Sequence record: SRR20825006_868
Direction: 5' to 3' (one strand)
Length of the DNA: 29,001 bases
Positions 1 to 7,808 of the stretch are shown one piece after another. Numbering within the stretch: the first letter of the stretch is position 1; every line of letters starts with the position of its first letter. Both the position numbers and the translations under genes were made by a program. Below the pieces are notes generated by a model. That model did not search any database. It saw nothing but the letters and a program-made list of their open reading frames with translations, and was not told where the DNA came from.

Positions 1-1
1 G

Positions 2-280
2 CTTCGGGCCATCCAGACTCTCGTGCACGAAAAAGGAATGACGCTCAAAGGTGCCAAGGCATTGCTTGCCGAGCAGGGTGTCCCAGCGGTCCTTTCCGGA
101 GCAGCAACGCTCGGCACGAGCCCGGCGCGCGAGCTTCAGAAAAGCGTGGCAGACGCGTTCGAAGCTGATGTGGCAGCTGAAGTATCAGGCGATCCCAGAG
201 AACGCCTTCAGGATACATTGGTCGAACTGAAAGATCTGAAAGCCCGGCTCGACGCGGTTCGCCAGACTCGCGCAGCCTGA
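2..280 (+). CDS. MerR-family transcriptional regulator, C-terminal part (5'-truncated by window edge)
   Basis: Frame is open from base 2 (LRAIQTLVHEKGMTLKGAKALL), resembling the end of the HTH of the MerR protein that precedes tRNA-Pro in the alphaproteobacterial ihfA-merR-tRNA-Pro arrangement; ends in a coiled-coil-like tail. Confidence 0.7.
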   Translation, partial: LRAIQTLVHEKGMTLKGAKALLAEQGVPAVLSGAATLGTSPARELQKSVADAFEADVAAEVSGDPRERLQDTLVELKDLKARLDAVRQTRAA

Positions 281-294
281 ACCCACATAAGACA

Positions 295-323
295 TTGCGG
301 AATATTGGCGGCTTGGGTACAAG
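295..323 (+). promoter_or_regulatory. Putative sigma70 promoter of tRNA-Pro
   Basis: TTGCGG (295-300), 17-nt spacer, TACAAG (318-323), ending 10 nt before the tRNA. Confidence 0.45.
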
Positions 324-333
324 CCGCCGGTGT

Positions 334-410
334 CGGAGCGTGGCGCAGCCCGGTAGCGCACTCGCCTGGGGGGCGAGGGGTCGTAGGTTCGAATCCTATC
401 GCTCCGACCA
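334..410 (+). tRNA. tRNA-Pro(GGG)
   Basis: 77 nt, CGGAGCG...CGCTCCG-ACCA acceptor stem, D arm GCGCAGCCCGGTAGCGC, anticodon arm CTCGC-CTGGGGG-GCGAG, T loop GGTTCGAATCC, encoded CCA. Confidence 0.97.
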
Positions 411-451
411 TTCACCGCCCAATCCAATCCGGAGATTGAATTGGGCGTGAA
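411..451. terminator. Long hairpin between convergent tRNA-Pro and ptrB (probable terminator or processing stem)
   Basis: TTCAC-C-GCCCAAT-C-CAATC-CGGA-GATTG-A-ATTGGGC-GTGAA; no strong U-tract. Confidence 0.55.
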
Positions 452-471
452 GTGGCGGCATCCGGGCCGGA

Positions 472-2715
472 CTATTCTTCTTTAAAATCCACACCATCAA
501 CTTTGCCCATGGCCGCAAGAGCGAAGGCATAATCGAGCGCGATATCCTTCAGGCCTTCGAAGCGACCGGATGCACCGCCATGGCCGCCTTCCATCTCGAT
601 GCGCAGAAAGTAAGGGCCAGCATCGGGCGCATCGTGGCGCAGGCGTGCAGCCCATTTTGTGGGCTCCCAATAGGTGACACGCGGGTCCGACAGGCCGCCA
701 GTGATGAGCATGGGCGGATATGGCTTGTCAGCTACATTGTCATATGGGCTATAGGCCATGATCGTGTCGTAATCTTCGGCGGACGTAAGTGGGTTGCCCC
801 ATTCCGGCCATTCCGGCGGCGTCAGCGGCAGGCTTTCGTCAGACATGGTATTCACAACATCGACAAATGGTACGGCTGCGATAATGCCGCCAAACAGTTC
901 CGGGTCCATGTTTGCGACCGCGCCCATGAGAAGTCCTCCGGCAGATCCGCCATAGGCAACGATGTTGCCTTCAGACGTGTAGTTTTGATCGACGAGATAA
1001 TGTCCGGCCGCGATGAAATCCTTGAACGTGTTTGATTTCTTTTCGAGCTTGCCGTCGAGATACCATTGATACCCCTTGGACATGCTGCCGCGAGGATGCA
1101 CAATCGCATAGATCACGCCGCGGTCGACAAGGCTGAGTCGGCTGGTGCGGAAATCAGCTGGGTAGGTGATTCCGTATGATCCATATCCATACAGCAACAT
1201 GGGCGCCGAGCCATCAACGGGAGTTGATTTGTGGCGCAGTAGCGTGATCGGCACCTCCACTCCGTCCCATGACGGCGCCATCAATCGCTCGGCAACATAA
1301 TCATCTGGTTTGTGGCCCGATGGCACTTCCTGCGTCTTGCGAAGCGTGCGTTCGTGTGTGTTCAGATCATAGTCGAATACCTGGTCCGGAGTCGTTGGAG
1401 ACGAATATTCAAATCGCAGGATTGGCGTCGCAAAATCATATCCGCTATCGAGGCCCAGCGAATATGCCGCTTCCTCGAAATTGATCCTGTGGCTGGAGCC
1501 GTCCTCACGCGCCCGAATGACAATCTGTGGCAGGCTGTTCTCCCGCTCCATGATGGCGAGAAAGTCCTTTTGGGGTTGTATTCCCAAGATCAAGGTGCCC
1601 GGACGGTGCGGAATTACTTCTTCCCATGCATCGCGACTGGTCGACTCCATCGGGGCACGCATCAATTTGAAGTCCACGGCGCCGTCGAGATTGGTATAGA
1701 TGTAGAACTGACCGTCCCAGTGGACGACATTGTACTCATTGTCGGTTTGGCGCGGCGCGATAATTCGGGGCGCCGGATCTGCCTCGTCGGCGGGGAACCA
1801 GTAAACCTCCGATGTCGTGTGACTGGACGCTCCAATGAAAATAACTTCTTCGCTCGCACTCTTGTTGATGCTGAGAAAGACTCCCGGATCGCTTTCCTCG
1901 TAGACCAGAGTGTCTTCGCCAGTTTTGAGATCTCTCTGCCAAACTGAATCCGGTCTCGCGTTTTCGTCGCGATGGATCCAGTAAATCCGCTTGCCATCGG
2001 CGCTCCATTCAAACGGTCCATAGGCGTTTTCAATGCCAACGCCTTGATCTTCGCCAGTTTCGATATTCTTTAGACGAATTGTATAAAACTCACTGCCTTG
2101 CGTATCCGTCGCATAAGCGATCAGACTGTGGTCCGGTGAGGTATCAATACCGCCGAATGAGAAATAGTCCTCTTCCTTTCCAAGTGCGTCCCCGTCCAAA
2201 AGGATGGTTTCTTCAGCATCGGGGTCAAAGGCCTTTTCGGCAGGTTTTCTGGCTATAATCGGATACTCGCCACCCTCACGGTAGCGGGTGTAGTATGCGT
2301 AAGGACCGTCAATCTCGGGAACCGAGCTGTCGTCTTCCTTGATGCGTCCTCGCATTTCCTTGAAAAGTTCATCGCGCAGGGCAGTGGTTGGAGTCTCAAG
2401 TGCTGCCTTTGTGAAAGCGTTTTCCGCTTCGAGATAGTCGCGGATATTCTGGCGCAAGACGCCTGGGTCGCGCATGACCTCTTGCCAGTTCTCATCCTTC
2501 ATCCAGTGATAGGGATCGTTGCGGGTCCGCCCAACCTGCGTGATTTCATGATCAATGCGCGGGGCAACTGGCGATGTGAGGGGCGCCGCCGCTTGCGCAT
2601 TTGGCGATGAGGTGTCGGCCTGGGTCAGATCTGGGGAAGGTGTTTCAGTCATGGTGCATCCGGTCGTAAGCGCCATCGCGGCAGCGCTGATCATGAAAAG
2701 GGGAAGGAGGCGCAT
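472..2715 (-). CDS. ptrB: Oligopeptidase B (S9A prolyl oligopeptidase family) with N-terminal signal/lipoprotein-like peptide
   Basis: DPYHWM N-terminus, GYGSYG, GGSAGG nucleophile, DPRV Asp, GHGG His. Start moved from 2889 to the ATG at 2715 (GGAG RBS; MRLLPLFMISAAAMALTTGC). Confidence 0.9.
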   Translation of the reverse strand: MRLLPLFMISAAAMALTTGCTMTETPSPDLTQADTSSPNAQAAAPLTSPVAPRIDHEITQVGRTRNDPYHWMKDENWQEVMRDPGVLRQNIRDYLEAENAFTKAALETPTTALRDELFKEMRGRIKEDDSSVPEIDGPYAYYTRYREGGEYPIIARKPAEKAFDPDAEETILLDGDALGKEEDYFSFGGIDTSPDHSLIAYATDTQGSEFYTIRLKNIETGEDQGVGIENAYGPFEWSADGKRIYWIHRDENARPDSVWQRDLKTGEDTLVYEESDPGVFLSINKSASEEVIFIGASSHTTSEVYWFPADEADPAPRIIAPRQTDNEYNVVHWDGQFYIYTNLDGAVDFKLMRAPMESTSRDAWEEVIPHRPGTLILGIQPQKDFLAIMERENSLPQIVIRAREDGSSHRINFEEAAYSLGLDSGYDFATPILRFEYSSPTTPDQVFDYDLNTHERTLRKTQEVPSGHKPDDYVAERLMAPSWDGVEVPITLLRHKSTPVDGSAPMLLYGYGSYGITYPADFRTSRLSLVDRGVIYAIVHPRGSMSKGYQWYLDGKLEKKSNTFKDFIAAGHYLVDQNYTSEGNIVAYGGSAGGLLMGAVANMDPELFGGIIAAVPFVDVVNTMSDESLPLTPPEWPEWGNPLTSAEDYDTIMAYSPYDNVADKPYPPMLITGGLSDPRVTYWEPTKWAARLRHDAPDAGPYFLRIEMEGGHGGASGRFEGLKDIALDYAFALAAMGKVDGVDFKEE

Positions 2716-2773
2716 ATCAAAGACTCCGAAGCTGTGAGCAAGCCTCGATAGGACCAGCTGCTTCTGATCGTGT

Positions 2774-3184
2774 CTAGGCCTGTTTGGTCGGTTTGAACTC
2801 AAGAACGACGCCGTTGATGCACCAACGTTCTCCGGTGGGCGGCGGCCCATCCTTGAAAACGTGTCCCTGATGCATGCCGCAGATTGCACAATGGCATTCA
2901 GTGCGCGGCAAGATCATCTTGAAGTCGGTCTTGGTCGCAACCACGCCTTCGCTTGCTGGCTGCCAGAAACTCGGCCATCCCGTTCCAGACTCGAATTTGT
3001 GCTCAGACGACCAGAGCGGCGTATCGCACCCCTTGCAGTGAAAGAGTCCCTCGCGGTGTTCGTCATTGTGATTGCCGGGCGTGAAGGCACGCTCGGTACC
3101 CTCTTTGATACCGACGCGATATTCCTCTTCAGTCAATATCTCGCGCCATTCGCGGTCGGACCGCTGAATCCTGGTTTTTGTCAT
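2774..3184 (-). CDS. msrB: Peptide-methionine (R)-S-oxide reductase
   Basis: GTERAF, two CxxC zinc motifs (CKGC, CAIC), KFESGTGWPSF, GHVFKDGPPPTGERWCIN. Start at 3184 or 3187, after GGAG. Confidence 0.93.
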   Translation of the reverse strand: MTKTRIQRSDREWREILTEEEYRVGIKEGTERAFTPGNHNDEHREGLFHCKGCDTPLWSSEHKFESGTGWPSFWQPASEGVVATKTDFKMILPRTECHCAICGMHQGHVFKDGPPPTGERWCINGVVLEFKPTKQA

Positions 3185-3272
3185 CATGAGCTCCATGAGA
3201 GTGTTCGCGTATCATATAGGCGGTTCGGAGCATCACACCATGATAGGTGATGCAATCTGGAGGGAAAGCGGC

Positions 3273-3305
3273 AAAGAAAAAGGGATCGCCGGAGAGCGAT
3301 CCCTT
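3273..3305 (-). terminator. Rho-independent terminator after the MaoC gene
   Basis: AAGGGATCGC/GCGATCCCTT stem followed by a T-rich tract on the minus strand. Confidence 0.8.
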
Positions 3306-3331
3306 GAATGGTTTGGGAATGGGCGTTGAAA

Positions 3332-3787
3332 CTAGCCGTACAGAACCGTAATGGATTCTGCGACCAGCGCGGGGCGCTCCTGGCCTTCGATTTCCACCGT
3401 GGCTTCCATCTTCATCTGCTTGCCGCCAGCCTTCGGCTCAACCGACAGGCATTTCTGGCGCAGGCGCACCTTGGAGCCGACCGGCACCATATTCGTGAAA
3501 CGGACCTTGTCGGAGCCGTAATTGATGCCGCGTGTCGTGCCGGAGACGCGCAGGACTTCAGAGCCCAGCATTGGCAGCAGCGACAGGGTCAGGAAGCCGT
3601 GCGCAATGGGGCTGCCGAGTTCCTTCGTGGCGCGTTCGACATCCACATGGATCCACTGATGATCGCCCGTGGCTTCGGCAAACATATTGACGCGATCCTG
3701 ATCAATTGTGTGCCAATCGGACACGCCGACTTCCTGGCCAGCCAGGGATTCGAGATCGTCATATGCAACTGTGCGTGGGTCCGCCAT
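3332..3787 (-). CDS. MaoC-family (R)-specific enoyl-CoA hydratase/dehydratase (NodN-like)
   Basis: FAEATGDHQWIHVD hydratase-2 motif, IAHGFLTLSL, INYGSDKVRF; ATG 3787 preceded by GGAGG. Confidence 0.88.
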   Translation of the reverse strand: MADPRTVAYDDLESLAGQEVGVSDWHTIDQDRVNMFAEATGDHQWIHVDVERATKELGSPIAHGFLTLSLLPMLGSEVLRVSGTTRGINYGSDKVRFTNMVPVGSKVRLRQKCLSVEPKAGGKQMKMEATVEIEGQERPALVAESITVLYG

Positions 3788-3897
3788 GTTTTCCTCCAAT
3801 TAGAAATTTTCCCTGTTTTGGCGTGCGATTGACGTCTCGGCAAGCTTGACCGAGCGGCAAGTGCAGATTGTAGCAGAGCAGGTACCGGCTGAGCTGC

Positions 3898-5043
3898 TCA
3901 GGATCGGAGGAAATAGGCGAGGCGTTCCACGAGCCGGTTGGTGTCTTTGTCATTCGTGAAGAGGTGCTGAGTGATGCGCAGCCGGTCGCCTCGGCGAGAC
4001 ACAAAAATTCCGTCGGCCTTCAGGCGTGCTGTCAGGTCTTCGGGCGCAGAGTCCGGCAGTAAGGGGCAGAGATAGTGGGGGCCGCGCTCGGCCTCTGGAG
4101 GGCACAACACTCCAACTGAATTGAGCCTTTGCGACAGGTCGGCATTGCGGGTGCGAAGCGTGCGCTCCACGTTTTCGACGCCCCAATCCAGAATTGTGTG
4201 AACGGCGCTTTCGAAGGCTGGAAGTAGTGCGAAATTCGAACGCTCCCCCATGTCAAACCGTTCGGCCCCGGCTCCGAATTCGTCAGAATAGTCAATCAAC
4301 CTCGCGAAATTGGAGGCGCCTTTCCGGGTGATCCAATTCTGCTCCAATGGACGGCCCGATCTATGCTTTGGGGCCGCATATAGGAACCCGGTCGCATAGG
4401 GACCGAGCAGCCATTTGTAACCGGCGACTGCCACGAAATCGGGTTGAACATTTTGCGTGTTGAAATCCAGGGCACCGCAGCTCTGGGTCAGGTCCAGCAC
4501 GAAGGCGGCCCCATAATCCCGGCATTTCTTGCCAACCGCCGCGACATCGACCAATGCACCGTCGGTCCAGCGAATATGAGCGCAAGCCACAAGTCCGGTA
4601 TTGGGCCCGATTTCGTTGAGAAGACAGTCGGACAGGGTCGAACTGCCCGTGCGGGTGATGGTTTTCAGCTGGGCGCCGGTAGACTCCGCCAAGGCCCGCC
4701 ACACGTAAACATTCGAGGGAAACTGGTCCTCCAGGACAAGAATTTCCTGACCTTCTGCCAAGCTTATATTGGCGGCAGCCGTGGCTAGCGCGTAACTCAC
4801 AGATGGGACAAAGGCGATGCCGTCGGTGTCAGCATGGATTAATTGGGCCAGTAGGGGTCGGAGGCGCGCAGTATCCGCAAAGAAGTCTGTGTCCTGAATA
4901 GACCAGGGCCGCAGCTTCCGGGCCAGTCCGGCTTTACCGGCTTCGACCGAGGCTGTCGTCATCGGTCCCATCGTTGCTGTGTTGAAATAGGCAACATCGT
5001 CCGGGATATCGAACAAATGGCGCTGGTTTGGAATGACGCTCAT
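3898..5043 (-). CDS. Aminotransferase class V PLP-dependent enzyme (cysteine desulfurase/C-S lyase-like)
   Basis: YFNTATMGP, DQFPSN, DLTQ (PLP-binding D/Q), GYKWLLGP Schiff-base Lys. Confidence 0.85.
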   Translation of the reverse strand: MSVIPNQRHLFDIPDDVAYFNTATMGPMTTASVEAGKAGLARKLRPWSIQDTDFFADTARLRPLLAQLIHADTDGIAFVPSVSYALATAAANISLAEGQEILVLEDQFPSNVYVWRALAESTGAQLKTITRTGSSTLSDCLLNEIGPNTGLVACAHIRWTDGALVDVAAVGKKCRDYGAAFVLDLTQSCGALDFNTQNVQPDFVAVAGYKWLLGPYATGFLYAAPKHRSGRPLEQNWITRKGASNFARLIDYSDEFGAGAERFDMGERSNFALLPAFESAVHTILDWGVENVERTLRTRNADLSQRLNSVGVLCPPEAERGPHYLCPLLPDSAPEDLTARLKADGIFVSRRGDRLRITQHLFTNDKDTNRLVERLAYFLRS

Positions 5044-5060
5044 ATTTCTTCCCTAGCGTG

Positions 5061-5088
5061 AAAGAAAAATGAGGGGAAGCGCCTCCAT
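5061..5088 (-). terminator. Possible weak terminator after the acyl-CoA synthetase
   Basis: Imperfect ATGGAGG/CCTCAT stem followed by TTTTCTTT on the minus strand. Confidence 0.35.
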
Positions 5089-5100
5089 ATTCTGCTCAGC

Positions 5101-6648
5101 CTAAACGATGCGACTTTCTTTCTTGCCCCAATAACGGTCACGGATCAGTCGCTTATACAGTTTTCCGGTCGGATGCCGGGGCAGCTCGAGGTCGAAATCC
5201 AGACTTTTCGGGCATTTGATCTTTGATAGCTCGCCTCGGCAGAATTCAAGCAGTTCCGCGGCAAGCTCATCAGATGGGGCTATCCCCGGCATTGGCTGGA
5301 CGATGGCCTTTACAGATTCTCCGAATTCTTCGTCGGGCACCCCTATGACTGCCACGTCGGCGACCTTGGGGTGAGTGATCAGGACATTCTCCGCTTCTTG
5401 CGGATAGATGTTCACGCCGCCCGATATGATCATGAAGGCTTTGCGGTCGGTCAGGTACAGGAAACCATCTTCGTCGACTTTGCCAACATCGCCGAGAGAC
5501 GACCAGTCTGGGTGTTTGGGATTAAGTGCCGAGGCATTTTTCTTAGGATCATTATGATAATTTGGTGGGGTGGTGCCGCCGAAGTAGATCTGGCCTTCAC
5601 TTCCAACCGGCACTTCATCCCCGTTTTCATCGCACACATGAAGTTCGCCGAAAATCGCGCGCCCGACTGTACCTTTGTGCTCGAGCCATTCGGCGCTTTT
5701 GGCCCATGTCATGCCGTTGCCTTCCGAACCTGCATAGTACTCGTCGATGATCGGTCCCCACCATTCGATCATCTGCTCTTTTACAGGGATTGGACACGGC
5801 GCGGCTGCGTGAATTACGAATTTCAAGCTTGTGACGTCGTAGGATTTTCGGACGTCCTCCGGAAGTTTCAGAAGCTTTACGAACATGGTTGGGACCATCT
5901 GAACATGGGTCGTCTTGTGAGCCTGCACGCAATCGAGAAAGGCTTCTGGATCGAACTTTTCCATAACCACCAGCGTGGCGCCAAGGCGTGTGAACGTCAT
6001 GCACCAGCGGAGCGGGGCAGCATGATAGAGTGGCGCTGGTGAAAGATAGACGCTGTCTGGTCCTGCAGCTGCCATTCCTCGTGTAATCTGAAGCAGGACA
6101 TTGTCAGCATCGATAGGCATATCCCGCTCGAGTGGCGGACGAATGCCTTTCGGTCTTCCCGTTGTCCCGGAGGAATACAGCATGTCCGTACCGGCCATCT
6201 CGTCCGCGATGGGCGTCACTGGAAAGGCCGATTGATGCGTCTCCAACCGCTGGAAGCCTTCGATGTCACCATCAATGGACCATAACTGATCAATGGCGAC
6301 CAGTTGTTTCGCTTGTTTTGCAACGTCGCCTTTTCCGGCGCTGGCGATCAGGAGGGAGCTGCCGGAATCCTCGATAATGTATTTAACTTCGGGCGCCGTC
6401 AGGCGTGAAGACACGCACACAAAATACAGGCCTGAGCGTTGAGCGGCCCAGCAAATCTCGAAATAGCGTGCCGAATTCTCTGCGAAAAGCGCAATCGTAT
6501 CACCGGGTTTCAGGCCGGCGTCGCGAAATGCGTGCGCTATCTGGTTCGACCGCTCATCCAGTTGTTTGAAGGTTACGGTTTCTCCGGAGGCAGCCATGAT
6601 ATAGGCGGCCTTGTCAGGATGGGTCTTCGCGTGGTGGCAGGGATGCAT
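5101..6648 (-). CDS. Acyl-CoA synthetase (AMP-forming, FadD4-like)
   Basis: MLYSSGTTGRPKG, PLYHAAP, YYAGSEG, GDVG, IISGGVNIYPQE, PTGKLYKR; AGGAGG RBS. Confidence 0.93.
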   Translation of the reverse strand: MHPCHHAKTHPDKAAYIMAASGETVTFKQLDERSNQIAHAFRDAGLKPGDTIALFAENSARYFEICWAAQRSGLYFVCVSSRLTAPEVKYIIEDSGSSLLIASAGKGDVAKQAKQLVAIDQLWSIDGDIEGFQRLETHQSAFPVTPIADEMAGTDMLYSSGTTGRPKGIRPPLERDMPIDADNVLLQITRGMAAAGPDSVYLSPAPLYHAAPLRWCMTFTRLGATLVVMEKFDPEAFLDCVQAHKTTHVQMVPTMFVKLLKLPEDVRKSYDVTSLKFVIHAAAPCPIPVKEQMIEWWGPIIDEYYAGSEGNGMTWAKSAEWLEHKGTVGRAIFGELHVCDENGDEVPVGSEGQIYFGGTTPPNYHNDPKKNASALNPKHPDWSSLGDVGKVDEDGFLYLTDRKAFMIISGGVNIYPQEAENVLITHPKVADVAVIGVPDEEFGESVKAIVQPMPGIAPSDELAAELLEFCRGELSKIKCPKSLDFDLELPRHPTGKLYKRLIRDRYWGKKESRIV

Positions 6649-6757
6649 GTATTCCTCCTGATATCGGCGGCGCTTCTGGTGAGCGCGCTCGATGGTCTGG
6701 AGGCGTTTCTAGCGGGACATTCGCGTTCGTCCACGGGCAACGTCGCGTCAGCCGGGT

Positions 6758-7687
6758 TTATTCGGGAAAGCCTGGTGTTCCGCGTTTCTCGGGATTTTCC
6801 TGCAGATAGGCCTGTTTGAGTTCAGTCGAGCGATTGTGATTGCCTTCCGGGCACCAGCCGGGCTCGCTGACCAGGCGTCCGACCCAGCGATGAGGGCGAA
6901 ACCCGTCGGATGCGCAATCCTTCAGGATCGCGAAGAACTCATGAAATGCTATGACGAAAGGGTTATAATTGTTCAGAGGCTTCACAACACCGTAAATCGG
7001 CTTTTCGTTTTCCAACTCCGGTACGAAGGTTCCGAACATCTTGTCCCAGATGATGAACACTCCGGCAAAATTTGTGTCGAGATACCTGGCATTGGTCGCG
7101 TGGTGAACCCGGTGGTGACTGGGCGTATTGAACACTGCTTCAAACCAGCGTGGCATCCGGTCGATCGCTTCAGTATGAATCCAGAACTGGTAAAGCAGGT
7201 TCAGGCCACCCACGAAGAATATGACATAGGGATGAAAGCCGATGACGACCATGGGGAGGCCGATCCAGATAAGTCCGGTCAGTGGGCCAAACCAGGGCTG
7301 GCGTAGTGCGGTGGTCAAATTGTAGTGCGTTGAGGAATGGTGCGTCACATGCTCCATCCACCACCATCGGGCACGATGTGCGAAGCGGTGCTTCCAGTAA
7401 TAGATGAAGTCATAAAGGACGAAGCCGATAACGGCTGACACGACCGTGAACGGGAGCGTGAAAATACGGAATGGCCAGGCGATCAGCATCATCCAGACGG
7501 CGAGTGTCCCAGTGAGTGTATTGATGACGACATTGCCCAGCCCCATTGTGAGGGAAGCGAGTGCATCCTTGGTGTCATATCTCCCTGCAGCACGTCCGGA
7601 CTTTACCGCCCACCATTCCAGCGCGACCGATAAAATGAATATTGGCGCGGCGAAGGTCGTTACGGCGGGCAGGGGATTGAATTCCAT
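6758..7687 (-). CDS. Sterol desaturase/fatty-acid hydroxylase family membrane enzyme (alkylglycerol monooxygenase-like)
   Basis: His boxes HRFAH, HVTHH, HHRVHH; YNLTTALRQ, YQFWIHTE, IIWDKMFGTF; several TM segments. Confidence 0.88.
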   Translation of the reverse strand: MEFNPLPAVTTFAAPIFILSVALEWWAVKSGRAAGRYDTKDALASLTMGLGNVVINTLTGTLAVWMMLIAWPFRIFTLPFTVVSAVIGFVLYDFIYYWKHRFAHRARWWWMEHVTHHSSTHYNLTTALRQPWFGPLTGLIWIGLPMVVIGFHPYVIFFVGGLNLLYQFWIHTEAIDRMPRWFEAVFNTPSHHRVHHATNARYLDTNFAGVFIIWDKMFGTFVPELENEKPIYGVVKPLNNYNPFVIAFHEFFAILKDCASDGFRPHRWVGRLVSEPGWCPEGNHNRSTELKQAYLQENPEKRGTPGFPE

Positions 7688-7808
7688 CTTGTGGGGGTAC
7701 CGTCCTACAAAGTATCAGTTGGGCTGCGCCTTGGACGGCGCTCTCGTGACGAGTTTGTGACCTCGCATGCTTCTAGACGAGTCAGTCGCTTTCACAAACG
7801 GGGTTGGA

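Noticed and set aside
185..427. Minus-strand ORFs of 80 and 67 aa
   Set aside because: They are reverse translations of tRNA-Pro (MVGAIGFEPTT is the classic tRNA artefact).
2716..2889. N-terminal extensions in the ORF track (ptrB; likewise amidohydrolase, rpsF, fabD, trmJ, both crotonases, ACADs)
   Set aside because: The extensions overlap neighbours or promoters; downstream starts have an RBS and/or family-typical N-termini.
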